From positions 12,606-76,605 of the forward strand of contig CAYYRJ010000010.1 of assembly GCA_964474085.1 (NCBI GenBank): a DNA stretch of 64,000 nucleotides, given 5' to 3'. Both the position numbers and the translations under genes were made by a program. The notes below the pieces were generated by a model. The model ran no database searches. It was not told the DNA's origin and was given only the letters and a program-made list of their open reading frames with translations. Shown in pieces: positions 9,125 through 17,562 of this stretch; position 1 is the first letter of the stretch, and every line of letters starts with the position of its first letter. Source of the DNA: an uncultured Planctomycetales bacterium. GTDB lineage: Bacteria > Omnitrophota > Gorgyraeia > Zapsychrales > JANLHA01.

Positions 9125-10918
9125 ATGGATAAAGCTATTGTTGGGAATTGCACGAGTGCCGCTTTGATCAGCCCTGAATGCGCAATCGATTGGTTATGTT
9201 TACCTTTTTTTGATTCCCCGTCGGTATTTGGCCGTATTCTTGATGAGCAAAAAGGCGGGTATTTTCGTATCTGGGCTGAGGATATTATTGAAGTAAAACA
9301 AGAATATGTGCATCACACGCCTATTCTTAAGACGCGATTTAAGACAAAGGACGGTATTTTTGAAGTGATGGACTATATGCCGCGTTTTTTAGCGCATGAT
9401 GGGGAGGTGATCTGCCCGCCGGAAATTCATCGCAATATTTATTTGATCGTCGGCAAGCCGCGGATGATCGTTGAATTTAAGCCTTGTCCCAATTATGGAT
9501 TGGCCCCGGGGAGTTTATCGGTATCGTCCGATTATTTAAAAGTCAATTCCACCCAAGGGGAATACAACAGTTTCTATTTATACTCAAATTTAGATTTTAA
9601 CGCAGTATTGCAAGGTCAGCCGATTGAACTTAACACGTCGAGTTATTTTGTGCTTTCTTATCACGAAAAATTGAGTCTTGTTAAACAAGAGAGAATTTAT
9701 TTGGAGTACGAAAGGACAAAAAGTTACTGGATGGATTGGGTTTATCGGGTCAAAGCTCCTGAAAAATACCGCGAGATCGTCTTGCGGTCTATTATCACTC
9801 TTAAACTGCTGATGTTTCAAAGAAGTGGAGCATTCGTTGCCGCCCCGACGACATCATTGCCTGAAATTGCTGGAAAAGAACGTAATTGGGATTACCGTTT
9901 TTGCTGGGTCCGGGATGCGAGCATGATCATCGATCTTTTTGCGCGCATCGGACACGTCATTGCGTCAGAGAATTTTATGAAATTTATTCTCGGGAGAATG
10001 CTTTTGAAGAATGAAAATATTTCCGTTATGTATGGCATTAACGGTGAGCGTGATATTGAAGAACATGTTCTTAGTCATCTAAGCGGGTATCAAGGTTCCA
10101 AACCGGTACGCATCGGGAATGCGGCATATCGGCAACAGCAAAACGATGTATATGGAGAATTGATCGAGGCGATTTATTCCTATTTTATTATTAATGCCCG
10201 GAGTCAAAGTAATTTTGATGAAGAGCTCTGGACGGTTGTCCGGTCACTTGCTAATCGCGCGATAGAAGTGTGGAAAGAACCGGATTGCGGGATCTGGGAG
10301 CGTCGTGGCCCGATGCAGCATTTTGTGCATTCTAAGATGATGAGTTGGGTGGCCTTGGACCGGGCCGTTAAGATCAGTAAATATATCGGGAAAGAAAAAC
10401 ATGTTAAGCGATATTTAGAAGTTGCCGACGAGATCAAGAAGGATGTATTGAAAAACGGCTGGGACCCGGACCTGAATAGTTTTGTGATGGCGTATGGGTC
10501 AAAAGATCTTGATGCCTCAAACCTTTTGATGCTGCATTACGGATTTTTAGATGTTGCTGATCCAAAAATCGTAGCAACGGTCGAGGCCGCTTACAAGAAA
10601 CTTTTGCGCGATGGTTTTGTGATGCGTTATACCGCGCAAGATGAATTCGGTCTACCGCAAAACGCGTTTATCGTTTGCACGTTTTGGCTTATTGACGCGC
10701 TTTATCTGATCGGACGAAAAGAAGAAGCGCGGGAGATGTTCCATCGGGTCATTGGGTATACGAACAAGTTCGGGCTCTTATCGGAAGGGATAGAACCAAA
10801 AACTGGAGTCTTGGCCGGGAATTTTCCTCAAGGGTACTCGCATTTAGCTCTTGTCCAGACAGCATTTTTGCTGGAAACAGATTATCAATGGCGGGACAGC
10901 GTTTGTTCTTCGTCTTAA
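9125..10918 (+). CDS. glycoside hydrolase family 15 (glucoamylase/trehalase family)
   Basis: GH15 signature RNWDYRFCWVRDASMII and six-hairpin organisation. AAGGAG RBS. Its operon context suggests a trehalase. Confidence 0.75.
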   Translation: MDKAIVGNCTSAALISPECAIDWLCLPFFDSPSVFGRILDEQKGGYFRIWAEDIIEVKQEYVHHTPILKTRFKTKDGIFEVMDYMPRFLAHDGEVICPPEIHRNIYLIVGKPRMIVEFKPCPNYGLAPGSLSVSSDYLKVNSTQGEYNSFYLYSNLDFNAVLQGQPIELNTSSYFVLSYHEKLSLVKQERIYLEYERTKSYWMDWVYRVKAPEKYREIVLRSIITLKLLMFQRSGAFVAAPTTSLPEIAGKERNWDYRFCWVRDASMIIDLFARIGHVIASENFMKFILGRMLLKNENISVMYGINGERDIEEHVLSHLSGYQGSKPVRIGNAAYRQQQNDVYGELIEAIYSYFIINARSQSNFDEELWTVVRSLANRAIEVWKEPDCGIWERRGPMQHFVHSKMMSWVALDRAVKISKYIGKEKHVKRYLEVADEIKKDVLKNGWDPDLNSFVMAYGSKDLDASNLLMLHYGFLDVADPKIVATVEAAYKKLLRDGFVMRYTAQDEFGLPQNAFIVCTFWLIDALYLIGRKEEAREMFHRVIGYTNKFGLLSEGIEPKTGVLAGNFPQGYSHLALVQTAFLLETDYQWRDSVCSSS

Positions 10919-11092
10919 TAGATATCGACGGCAAATAATCAAAATATACTTTTAAAAAGAGTTAGGGTATTATGTTGGGGCAATGTTCTGACGTCCAATG
11001 TCCCGACACCTTTGAGATGTGCTTGGAGTCAAGACACATTTCTGTAGTCGATAGGATTTAATTCTGTTTTTAAAAAATATTGTTAAATAATT

Positions 11093-12172
11093 ATGGTTAT
11101 TATTTTTTGTCTGCTTTTAATTGGTGGAATTATTGCCGGACAGATGTTGGATTTTTCTCGGATGCATGAGATTTTGTCGCTGATGACTTCCATGTGTTTG
11201 GCTTACATTATGATTGAAGTTGGGTTGGAGTTTTCTGTCGATAAAAGAAAAATAAGAAGTTATGGATGGGATTCGATGGTGGCTGTCATTGCTGCCGTGC
11301 TGCCGGCCCTTTTATGGTTTGGTTATTTTGTCTTCTTTATCCACAGTCCCTGGAAGCCTGCAATATTATCTGGACTTTCTTCTGCGCCTACATCTGCAGG
11401 TGTTCTTTTTTCAATGATGATGGCGGCCGGATTAAGTGCAACGTGGGTATTTAAAAAGGCGCGGGTGCTGGCTGTGCTCGATGATTTGGCGACGATTTTA
11501 CTTTTAACACCACTTCAAATTCTCATTGCCGGTTTTGAGTGGGGATCAATAGCGACACTTATTTTAATTTCACTTTTTTTGTTTGCTTCTTTTCGCTGGC
11601 AGAACACCATTGATTGGCCAGTCTCAGAAAATTGGCTTTTAGGGTACGCTGTTGTTTTAACAGCAACATTATTTTTTGTTAAGCACACTACACATATTCA
11701 CTTGGAGGTCCTTGTTCCGGCTTTCATGTGGGGATGTCTGGTGCATATGCCGCAGCAGCACCAAAATCCTGTAGCGAGAAAAATGGTTGGATTAGATACG
11801 ATTGTTAAGGGGCTGTTTATGTTTTTAGTTGGTTTGTCTTTGCCAAAGATTGATCTGGGGTCTATTTCTATAGGATCAACCATTGGACATGTTGTGGTAT
11901 TGACGATATTAGCCAACGTTGGAAAATCCTTTTCTTTGTTATGTTACAGAAAAGAAGCTACATTAAGAGAACGCTTAGCTTTGAGTATTGCGATGTTTCC
12001 CAGAGGAGAAGTTGGGGCTGCTGTTTTAATCATTGGCCTTGGATATGGTTTTAGCGGATTTGAAAATACATTGGCCGTCTTAAGTCTGGCGTTTAATTTA
12101 GTTTTAACAGGAATATTCATTGGAATTGTGATGCGGCTATTGAAAAATAAGGGCGCAGCTGGGCAATTTTAG
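11093..12172 (+). CDS. cation:proton antiporter (CPA superfamily)-like membrane protein
   Basis: 10-12 predicted TM segments with GLEFS and FPRGEVGAAVL motifs resembling the Na/H-exchanger family. Confidence 0.5.
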   Translation: MVIIFCLLLIGGIIAGQMLDFSRMHEILSLMTSMCLAYIMIEVGLEFSVDKRKIRSYGWDSMVAVIAAVLPALLWFGYFVFFIHSPWKPAILSGLSSAPTSAGVLFSMMMAAGLSATWVFKKARVLAVLDDLATILLLTPLQILIAGFEWGSIATLILISLFLFASFRWQNTIDWPVSENWLLGYAVVLTATLFFVKHTTHIHLEVLVPAFMWGCLVHMPQQHQNPVARKMVGLDTIVKGLFMFLVGLSLPKIDLGSISIGSTIGHVVVLTILANVGKSFSLLCYRKEATLRERLALSIAMFPRGEVGAAVLIIGLGYGFSGFENTLAVLSLAFNLVLTGIFIGIVMRLLKNKGAAGQF

Positions 12173-12198
12173 GGCAACCAAACGGAGTCGCTACTGTA

Positions 12199-12227
12199 TT
12201 GACAGAATTGATTTTAGGAAATATAAC
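12199..12227 (+). promoter_or_regulatory. sigma70-like promoter TTGACA-17-TATAAC upstream of the PEPC gene
   Basis: -35 at 12199-12204, -10 at 12222-12227, about 65 nt upstream of the ATG. Confidence 0.4.
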
Positions 12228-12294
12228 CTTTGCAGTTAAATTGATTGAGTAGACTGCCTGCATAATTTTAAGGCTATAAAATATAGGAGAAAAT

Positions 12295-13782
12295 ATGGGA
12301 TCCCTCAAAATACCACGCACGCTTTCAACCCAGCACCCGGACAATGTGACAATCCCTTTTTTTGCTAATCATTCTGTTCTTCGTGGGGACGATGAGATCA
12401 AGGAAGCTTTTTATGCTTTTTCCAATCTCGGTGTCGAGGAGATTATGTGGGACGCCGAAGGCAAGGAAGCCGATGATTTTGTTATTCGAAAATTGATCAC
12501 CGAATATAAAAGTTTTTTTGAAAAGAACCGGATCGGGAAAGATGTTTTTATCAATATCCGTGTTCCTAACCCGCAATACGAAAAAGCAGAGGCCAAAATT
12601 CTTCTTGAAACCTTAGAAAGTATTCCGCGTTCCTATGATACGGCAGAGCTTTTTTATGGCGATGGCGCTTATCCTCCGATTTTTGAAGTTGTTGTGCCTA
12701 TGGCCGACGGAGAAATTATTAAAAAGATTCGTGATTATTATAAGAATGTTGTCATTGGCAAGGAAAAGTCGCGTTTTGTCGAGGGAGAAGCTCTGACGGT
12801 GGGTGACTGGATCGGCCGGTTTGAACCTAAAAATATCAATGTGATCCCATTATTCGAAGATCTTTATTCGATGCTCAATGCGGATGAGACGCTAAGAACT
12901 TTTCTTAAAAACAGAAAAGTAAAATATCAGCGCGTTTTTTTGGCTCGCTCTGATCCGGCGATGAATTATTCGTCCGTGGCAGTGATTCTGGCTTTGCACA
13001 TTGCGCTGGATAAATTATATAAACTTCAAAATGAGATCAATGTCCCGATTTATCCGATTTTAGGGTCGGGAAGTGCGCCCTTTCGCGGGCATTTAACGCC
13101 GCACACGGTAGATTATATTTTAAGTAAATATCCGAGTGTGGCGACGTTTACCATACAGTCGGCATTCAAATATGATTTTCCGGTCAAAGATGTTCAAGGC
13201 GCCATTGAGTTGATTAACAAGACCCAGATAAAGCCGCCGGCGGTTGTTGAAAATCAAAAAGAAGTCTTAAAGATTATCAAAAAAGTTTCTCATGAGTATC
13301 AACGGCAAATTCAGATTTTGGCCCCACTGGTCAATGAAGTCGCAAAATTTGTTCCTAGCCGTCGGATGCGCAAGTTGCACACCGGACTTTTTGGATATTC
13401 CCGTGAGTTAAAAGAAGGGGTTTCCTTGCCTCGCGTTATTTCGTTTTGCGCGGTTTTATATTCTCTGGGGTTGCCGCCGGATATTATTGGTTTAAATGTT
13501 TTGACGGAGAATGAAAAAGATGTTGTTCGCAGTATTTATCCGCGGTTTGACGGGGGGTTAAGAGATATTCTTGAACTGTGGAACCCGGATGTTCTCAAAA
13601 TTATTCCTGCCAGTATTCGCCAGAATATCAAAGATGTTGTTAAGCAATATGATTTTAAGACTAACCCAAAACATCTGGAAATCACCGATGAAATTATCCG
13701 AAACATTCAAAAACGAAATTTTGGCGTTCATTTGACCGATCTGATCACCCGGGCCGGATCAGTTAGAGGGTTTTTGGGCTAG
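12295..13782 (+). CDS. ppcA: archaeal-type phosphoenolpyruvate carboxylase
   Basis: 495 aa with the N-terminal IPRTLSTQHPDN motif characteristic of archaeal-type PEPC (~55 kDa). AGGAG RBS. Confidence 0.75.
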   Translation: MGSLKIPRTLSTQHPDNVTIPFFANHSVLRGDDEIKEAFYAFSNLGVEEIMWDAEGKEADDFVIRKLITEYKSFFEKNRIGKDVFINIRVPNPQYEKAEAKILLETLESIPRSYDTAELFYGDGAYPPIFEVVVPMADGEIIKKIRDYYKNVVIGKEKSRFVEGEALTVGDWIGRFEPKNINVIPLFEDLYSMLNADETLRTFLKNRKVKYQRVFLARSDPAMNYSSVAVILALHIALDKLYKLQNEINVPIYPILGSGSAPFRGHLTPHTVDYILSKYPSVATFTIQSAFKYDFPVKDVQGAIELINKTQIKPPAVVENQKEVLKIIKKVSHEYQRQIQILAPLVNEVAKFVPSRRMRKLHTGLFGYSRELKEGVSLPRVISFCAVLYSLGLPPDIIGLNVLTENEKDVVRSIYPRFDGGLRDILELWNPDVLKIIPASIRQNIKDVVKQYDFKTNPKHLEITDEIIRNIQKRNFGVHLTDLITRAGSVRGFLG

Positions 13783-13834
13783 GAAAATGTTCCAAGCCCT
13801 GTGAGCTGATTTGCAGATCTTTTGTGGAGGCAGG

Positions 13835-14731
13835 ATGAGATTAGGACTTTGTTGTTTATTTGCCCAGGAGCCCATCAAGTTTCGCACGACTAACGCATCA
13901 TCATTAATGAAGTTAAATAAAAAAGATGCGTTAACTAAACTTTCTGCTATTTGTTTGCATAATGCGCGTTCGCTCGTTGAGGCATTGGGTTATTGCGCAA
14001 AGCATGATATCGGCTCATTTCGTGTCAGCAGCCAGATTCTTCCAGTTAAAACCCATCCGCATGTCGGGTACGATGTTTTGGATTTGCCCGACGGTAAAGA
14101 AATTATTAAAGTTTTTGAGAGTTGCAAAGATATTTCGAAGCGATATGACTTGCGGACGGTCTTTCATCCGGACCAGTTTATTGTTTTAAGCTCATCAAAT
14201 CAGGATGTCACCCAGAGGTCTATTGCGGATTTGAATTATCAGGCCGAAGTCAGCGACTGGATTGGGGCGGATGTGATCAATGTCCATGGGGGAGGCGCGT
14301 ATGGGAACAAACAAGAGGCTTTGAGCCGTGTGGCCCGCAATTTAAAGCGCTTATCGAAAGCGGTCCGTAGTCGTTTAACTTTTGAAAATGATGATAAAAC
14401 ATATACACCCCACGACTTATTACCTTTATGTCAAAAAGCCAAAGTCCCTTTTGTTTATGATGTGCATCATCATCGTTGCAATCCGGATACGATGAGTATT
14501 CAAGACGTGACACGTTTAGCTTTGTCGACGTGGAATCGGCAGCCGCTTTTTCATTTGTCGAGCCCTAAAGAAGGTTGGCGTGGCCCCAATCCATCGAGGC
14601 ATCATGATTATATCGATATCCAAGATTTTCCAGAGTGTTGGCGTGGGCTTGATATTACCGTTGAGATCGAGGCCAAGGCCAAAGAGCTTGCTGTTAAAAA
14701 ATTTCATGATTCTTTGTCGCGGATAAATTAA
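13835..14731 (+). CDS. uvsE: UV DNA damage endonuclease
   Basis: MRLGLCC N-terminus, TFENDD and YDVHHH motifs of the UvdE family. GGAGG RBS at 13826. Confidence 0.8.
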   Translation: MRLGLCCLFAQEPIKFRTTNASSLMKLNKKDALTKLSAICLHNARSLVEALGYCAKHDIGSFRVSSQILPVKTHPHVGYDVLDLPDGKEIIKVFESCKDISKRYDLRTVFHPDQFIVLSSSNQDVTQRSIADLNYQAEVSDWIGADVINVHGGGAYGNKQEALSRVARNLKRLSKAVRSRLTFENDDKTYTPHDLLPLCQKAKVPFVYDVHHHRCNPDTMSIQDVTRLALSTWNRQPLFHLSSPKEGWRGPNPSRHHDYIDIQDFPECWRGLDITVEIEAKAKELAVKKFHDSLSRIN

Positions 14732-14790
14732 AACAGGTTATTGTGGTATGTCAGATATTCAAAATTTTATCTAACCCCAAGGGGGAATCG

Positions 14791-15243
14791 ATGAGCCAAA
14801 TACATTTCAAAGCCAAAGATTTTTTTATTTCTTTAAATAAAGATACGATGGGTCTGGTCGATGAATTTTATGATGAGAATATTGTTTTTCGTGATCCATT
14901 AGTCGAGATTAACAACAGAAAACAAATGAAAAATTACTATGCGAATATGTATAAAAATGTAGAGTCGGTCGCGTGGAGTTTTTCAGACGAGATTAGCGAT
15001 AAGGACAACTGTGTTCTTGCATGGAAAATGACCCTGCTAGCCAAAAATTTTAATGGCAACAAGCCTCTGGTTGTTGACGGAGTTTCAGTGATCAAGTTTG
15101 GCGGTAAAGAAGGCAAAGCCATTTATCATCGGGACTATTTTGATTTGGGCGCTTTTGTTTATGAAGGGTTGCCGGTTTTAGGATCCATGGTCCGATTTGT
15201 TAAAAAGAAAATGGCCAGTCATCAGAACGAGTGCTGTGCTTAA
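14791..15243 (+). CDS. SnoaL/NTF2-like domain protein
   Basis: ~150 aa with the fold pattern of the SnoaL-like polyketide cyclase/NTF2 superfamily. RBS aaggggg. Confidence 0.45.
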   Translation: MSQIHFKAKDFFISLNKDTMGLVDEFYDENIVFRDPLVEINNRKQMKNYYANMYKNVESVAWSFSDEISDKDNCVLAWKMTLLAKNFNGNKPLVVDGVSVIKFGGKEGKAIYHRDYFDLGAFVYEGLPVLGSMVRFVKKKMASHQNECCA

Positions 15244-15278
15244 TTTTCTTGAGATTAAAAAATTAAAAAGGGGTGGAT

Positions 15279-15815
15279 ATGAACATCAGCAAATTCTTTG
15301 TTATCGGGATGGTTTTTTTGCTCGCCGGCTGCAGCAGTTCATTGCCTAAACTCAAAACAGTTGATAATATCGACCTTAAACGTTATATGGGGCCTTGGTA
15401 TGTTATCGCGTGTATTCCGACTTTTATTGAAACAAAAGCTTATAATGCCGTTGAAGAATATCGTCTGCTTGATGACGGAAGCATCGACACGGTTTTTACT
15501 TTTAATAGCGGCCGTTTTGACGGGCCTAAGAAGCGATACAATCCCCGCGGTTTTGTCGTCGACAAGGTGAATAACTCAACCTGGGGGATGCGTTTTATCT
15601 GGCCGTTTAAGGCAGAATTTCTGATTACTTATCTAAGCCCCGACTACAGCCAAACGATCATTGGCCGCAACAAGCGTGATTATTTTTGGATTCAGGCGCG
15701 TACCCCGCAAATTCCCGAAGAGGATTATCAACAGTTGCTGGGTATTTTGGCATCGCAAGGTTACGATATAAGCAAAGTTCGCAAGGTTCCGCAAAGTTGG
15801 CCGGACAAGCAATAG
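15279..15815 (+). CDS. blc: bacterial lipocalin (Blc) outer-membrane lipoprotein
   Basis: Lipobox LLAGC, followed by YMGPWYVIA and other Blc motifs. Confidence 0.8.
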   Translation: MNISKFFVIGMVFLLAGCSSSLPKLKTVDNIDLKRYMGPWYVIACIPTFIETKAYNAVEEYRLLDDGSIDTVFTFNSGRFDGPKKRYNPRGFVVDKVNNSTWGMRFIWPFKAEFLITYLSPDYSQTIIGRNKRDYFWIQARTPQIPEEDYQQLLGILASQGYDISKVRKVPQSWPDKQ

Positions 15816-15867
15816 CAGCAGAATAAGTTTTTAAAAATATTTTTTACAGACTTGCGAAAAATGTTTC

Positions 15868-15906
15868 TTGACGCGTGTACCGTATCATCGTAATATTGCG
15901 ATATTA
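15868..15906 (+). promoter_or_regulatory. promoter TTGACG-17-TAATAT with overlapping 16-bp palindrome TAATATTGCGATATTA (putative ArsR operator)
   Basis: Read directly. The palindrome overlaps the -10 element, consistent with autoregulation. Confidence 0.45.
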
Positions 15907-15928
15907 TGATTTATATGAGGAGAGCCGG

Positions 15929-16195
15929 ATGGATTATAAAAAAGGCGCAGCAATTCTTGGGGCTTTAGGGCATCCTGCCCGTTTGCAAATAATAACAGCA
16001 ATAACAAAATATGGTTGTCACGTCTCTAAAATTGTCGAAAAATTGGGTTTGCCACAATCGACGGTCTCTCAGCATCTGGCGGTATTAAGGTCGGCAGGGA
16101 TTGTCACTTATGAAAAAGAAGGGCTCAAGGCATGTTATCGTTTGGCGGATAAGAAATTTAATAAACTTTTAAAAGCGTTGGGAGAAATCGTTTGA
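15929..16195 (+). CDS. ArsR/SmtB family metalloregulator
   Basis: HTH HVSKIVEKLGLPQSTVSQHLAVLRSAGIV. RBS gaggag. Confidence 0.8.
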   Translation: MDYKKGAAILGALGHPARLQIITAITKYGCHVSKIVEKLGLPQSTVSQHLAVLRSAGIVTYEKEGLKACYRLADKKFNKLLKALGEIV

Positions 16196-17562
16196 GATTT
16201 TTGCCTTGGCTGTTAATAAGTTTTATTTTTGTTTCTTCTCCGAGCTATGTTTTAGCGCAAGATGTGGTTTTGCCGTCTAACGTTACGTATAAAGAATATC
16301 TCGCCGAAGTTATAGCTTACTATCCTTTATTAAAAAGAGAGCATGCCTCTATTGAAAAAGCTATCGCTCAAAAAGCTTTAGCAGCTTCCGGTAGAGTTCC
16401 TGCGTTTTGGGCTTCTGTTAAAGCAGAGTATGGCGATGATCCGGTCTATGTTTTTGGTGCTTTATTGCGTCAAAATCGTTTTACCAGCGATGATTTTGCT
16501 TTAGGAAGGCTCAATACCCCTTCTGCAACAGCGGATTATTCGGCTGGAGTTGCGGGGCAATGGTTACTATTTGATTTTTCGCAAACGACTTCACGTATTA
16601 AGTCAGCCGACCTTTTAGCGCAGTCAGCAGAGTTTCAGTCTCAGGCAACGCGCATGGAAGCGATCTTGGCGGCATCTGAAATTTATAGTCGTTTAGCATT
16701 GGCGGATAGTCTGCTTGGAGTTCTTAGTGAAGTTGTTTTGAGCTCTAGCGAAGACATTGCTATGGCCGAATCGTTAAGTCAGAAAGGTTTGGTTTTAGGT
16801 GCGGACTTTTACCTTTCGCGAGTAACTTATGGTCAACTTTTGCAGATGAAAAATGAAATGCAAGCTCAGCGTGCGGCGTTGGCTATGGTTTTTAATGTAT
16901 TGCGCGGGACGGATCCGACGATGGAAGTTCAAGTGCAGGTGGATTTTGGGAAGGCTTTACCATTGGAGGCAACAGCGCAAGAGTGGGTCGCCAGGGCTGT
17001 TTCGGGCCGGTTAGATATCAAAGCAATGGAAAAGAAATTAGAATCACAGGGATTTGTGCTCAAGGAACATAAGGCGAGTTTTTTGCCCGAAGTTTTAGCT
17101 TACGGGAATGCAGATGAGAATGTTGATCGTATAGGACATACGGGCGCAGAGAATTATATCGTTGGTATTAAGGCCAAGATGAATATTTTTGATCCCGGGT
17201 ATGGTGCCCGAGTCAAGTTAGCCAAAGAAGAAGTCAATGCACTCGCTGCCAGTTTACAGCAAGCCAAAGACCAGGCGACCGAAGATGCGGCGTCGGTGTA
17301 TTATCGTTTAAAAGCGCTTGAGTCCAACGCTAAGCTGGCCTCACAAATTCTGGATGATTCAACTTATGCGGTAAAATTAACGACACCATTATACGCACAA
17401 AGACGCAGGTCTGTTGAACAGATGCTTTCGTTGAGGGCCGCATTTGTCCAAGCTCACGAGCATTGGCTTAAAATGGAATTTGCCCGTCGTCAAAACTTTT
17501 TGATATTAAACTACTACACGGGACAATTGACGTGCGCTTTTGCGGAAAACATTTATGAATAA
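16192..17562 (+). CDS. TolC-like outer membrane efflux protein (OEP)
   Basis: Signal peptide, then OEP-type repeats. Its start overlaps the ArsR gene stop. Confidence 0.7.
   Translation: MRFLPWLLISFIFVSSPSYVLAQDVVLPSNVTYKEYLAEVIAYYPLLKREHASIEKAIAQKALAASGRVPAFWASVKAEYGDDPVYVFGALLRQNRFTSDDFALGRLNTPSATADYSAGVAGQWLLFDFSQTTSRIKSADLLAQSAEFQSQATRMEAILAASEIYSRLALADSLLGVLSEVVLSSSEDIAMAESLSQKGLVLGADFYLSRVTYGQLLQMKNEMQAQRAALAMVFNVLRGTDPTMEVQVQVDFGKALPLEATAQEWVARAVSGRLDIKAMEKKLESQGFVLKEHKASFLPEVLAYGNADENVDRIGHTGAENYIVGIKAKMNIFDPGYGARVKLAKEEVNALAASLQQAKDQATEDAASVYYRLKALESNAKLASQILDDSTYAVKLTTPLYAQRRRSVEQMLSLRAAFVQAHEHWLKMEFARRQNFLILNYYTGQLTCAFAENIYE

Noticed and set aside
10971-11048. 25-aa Cys-rich mini-ORF (MLGQCSDVQCPDTFEMCLESRHISV) upstream of the antiporter
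   Set aside because: Weak RBS, no recognisable family; could be chance. Not called.
15875-15928. ORF-track start 15875 for the ArsR gene
   Set aside because: It falls inside the promoter/operator; GAGGAG plus ATG at 15929 gives a normal ~90-aa ArsR.
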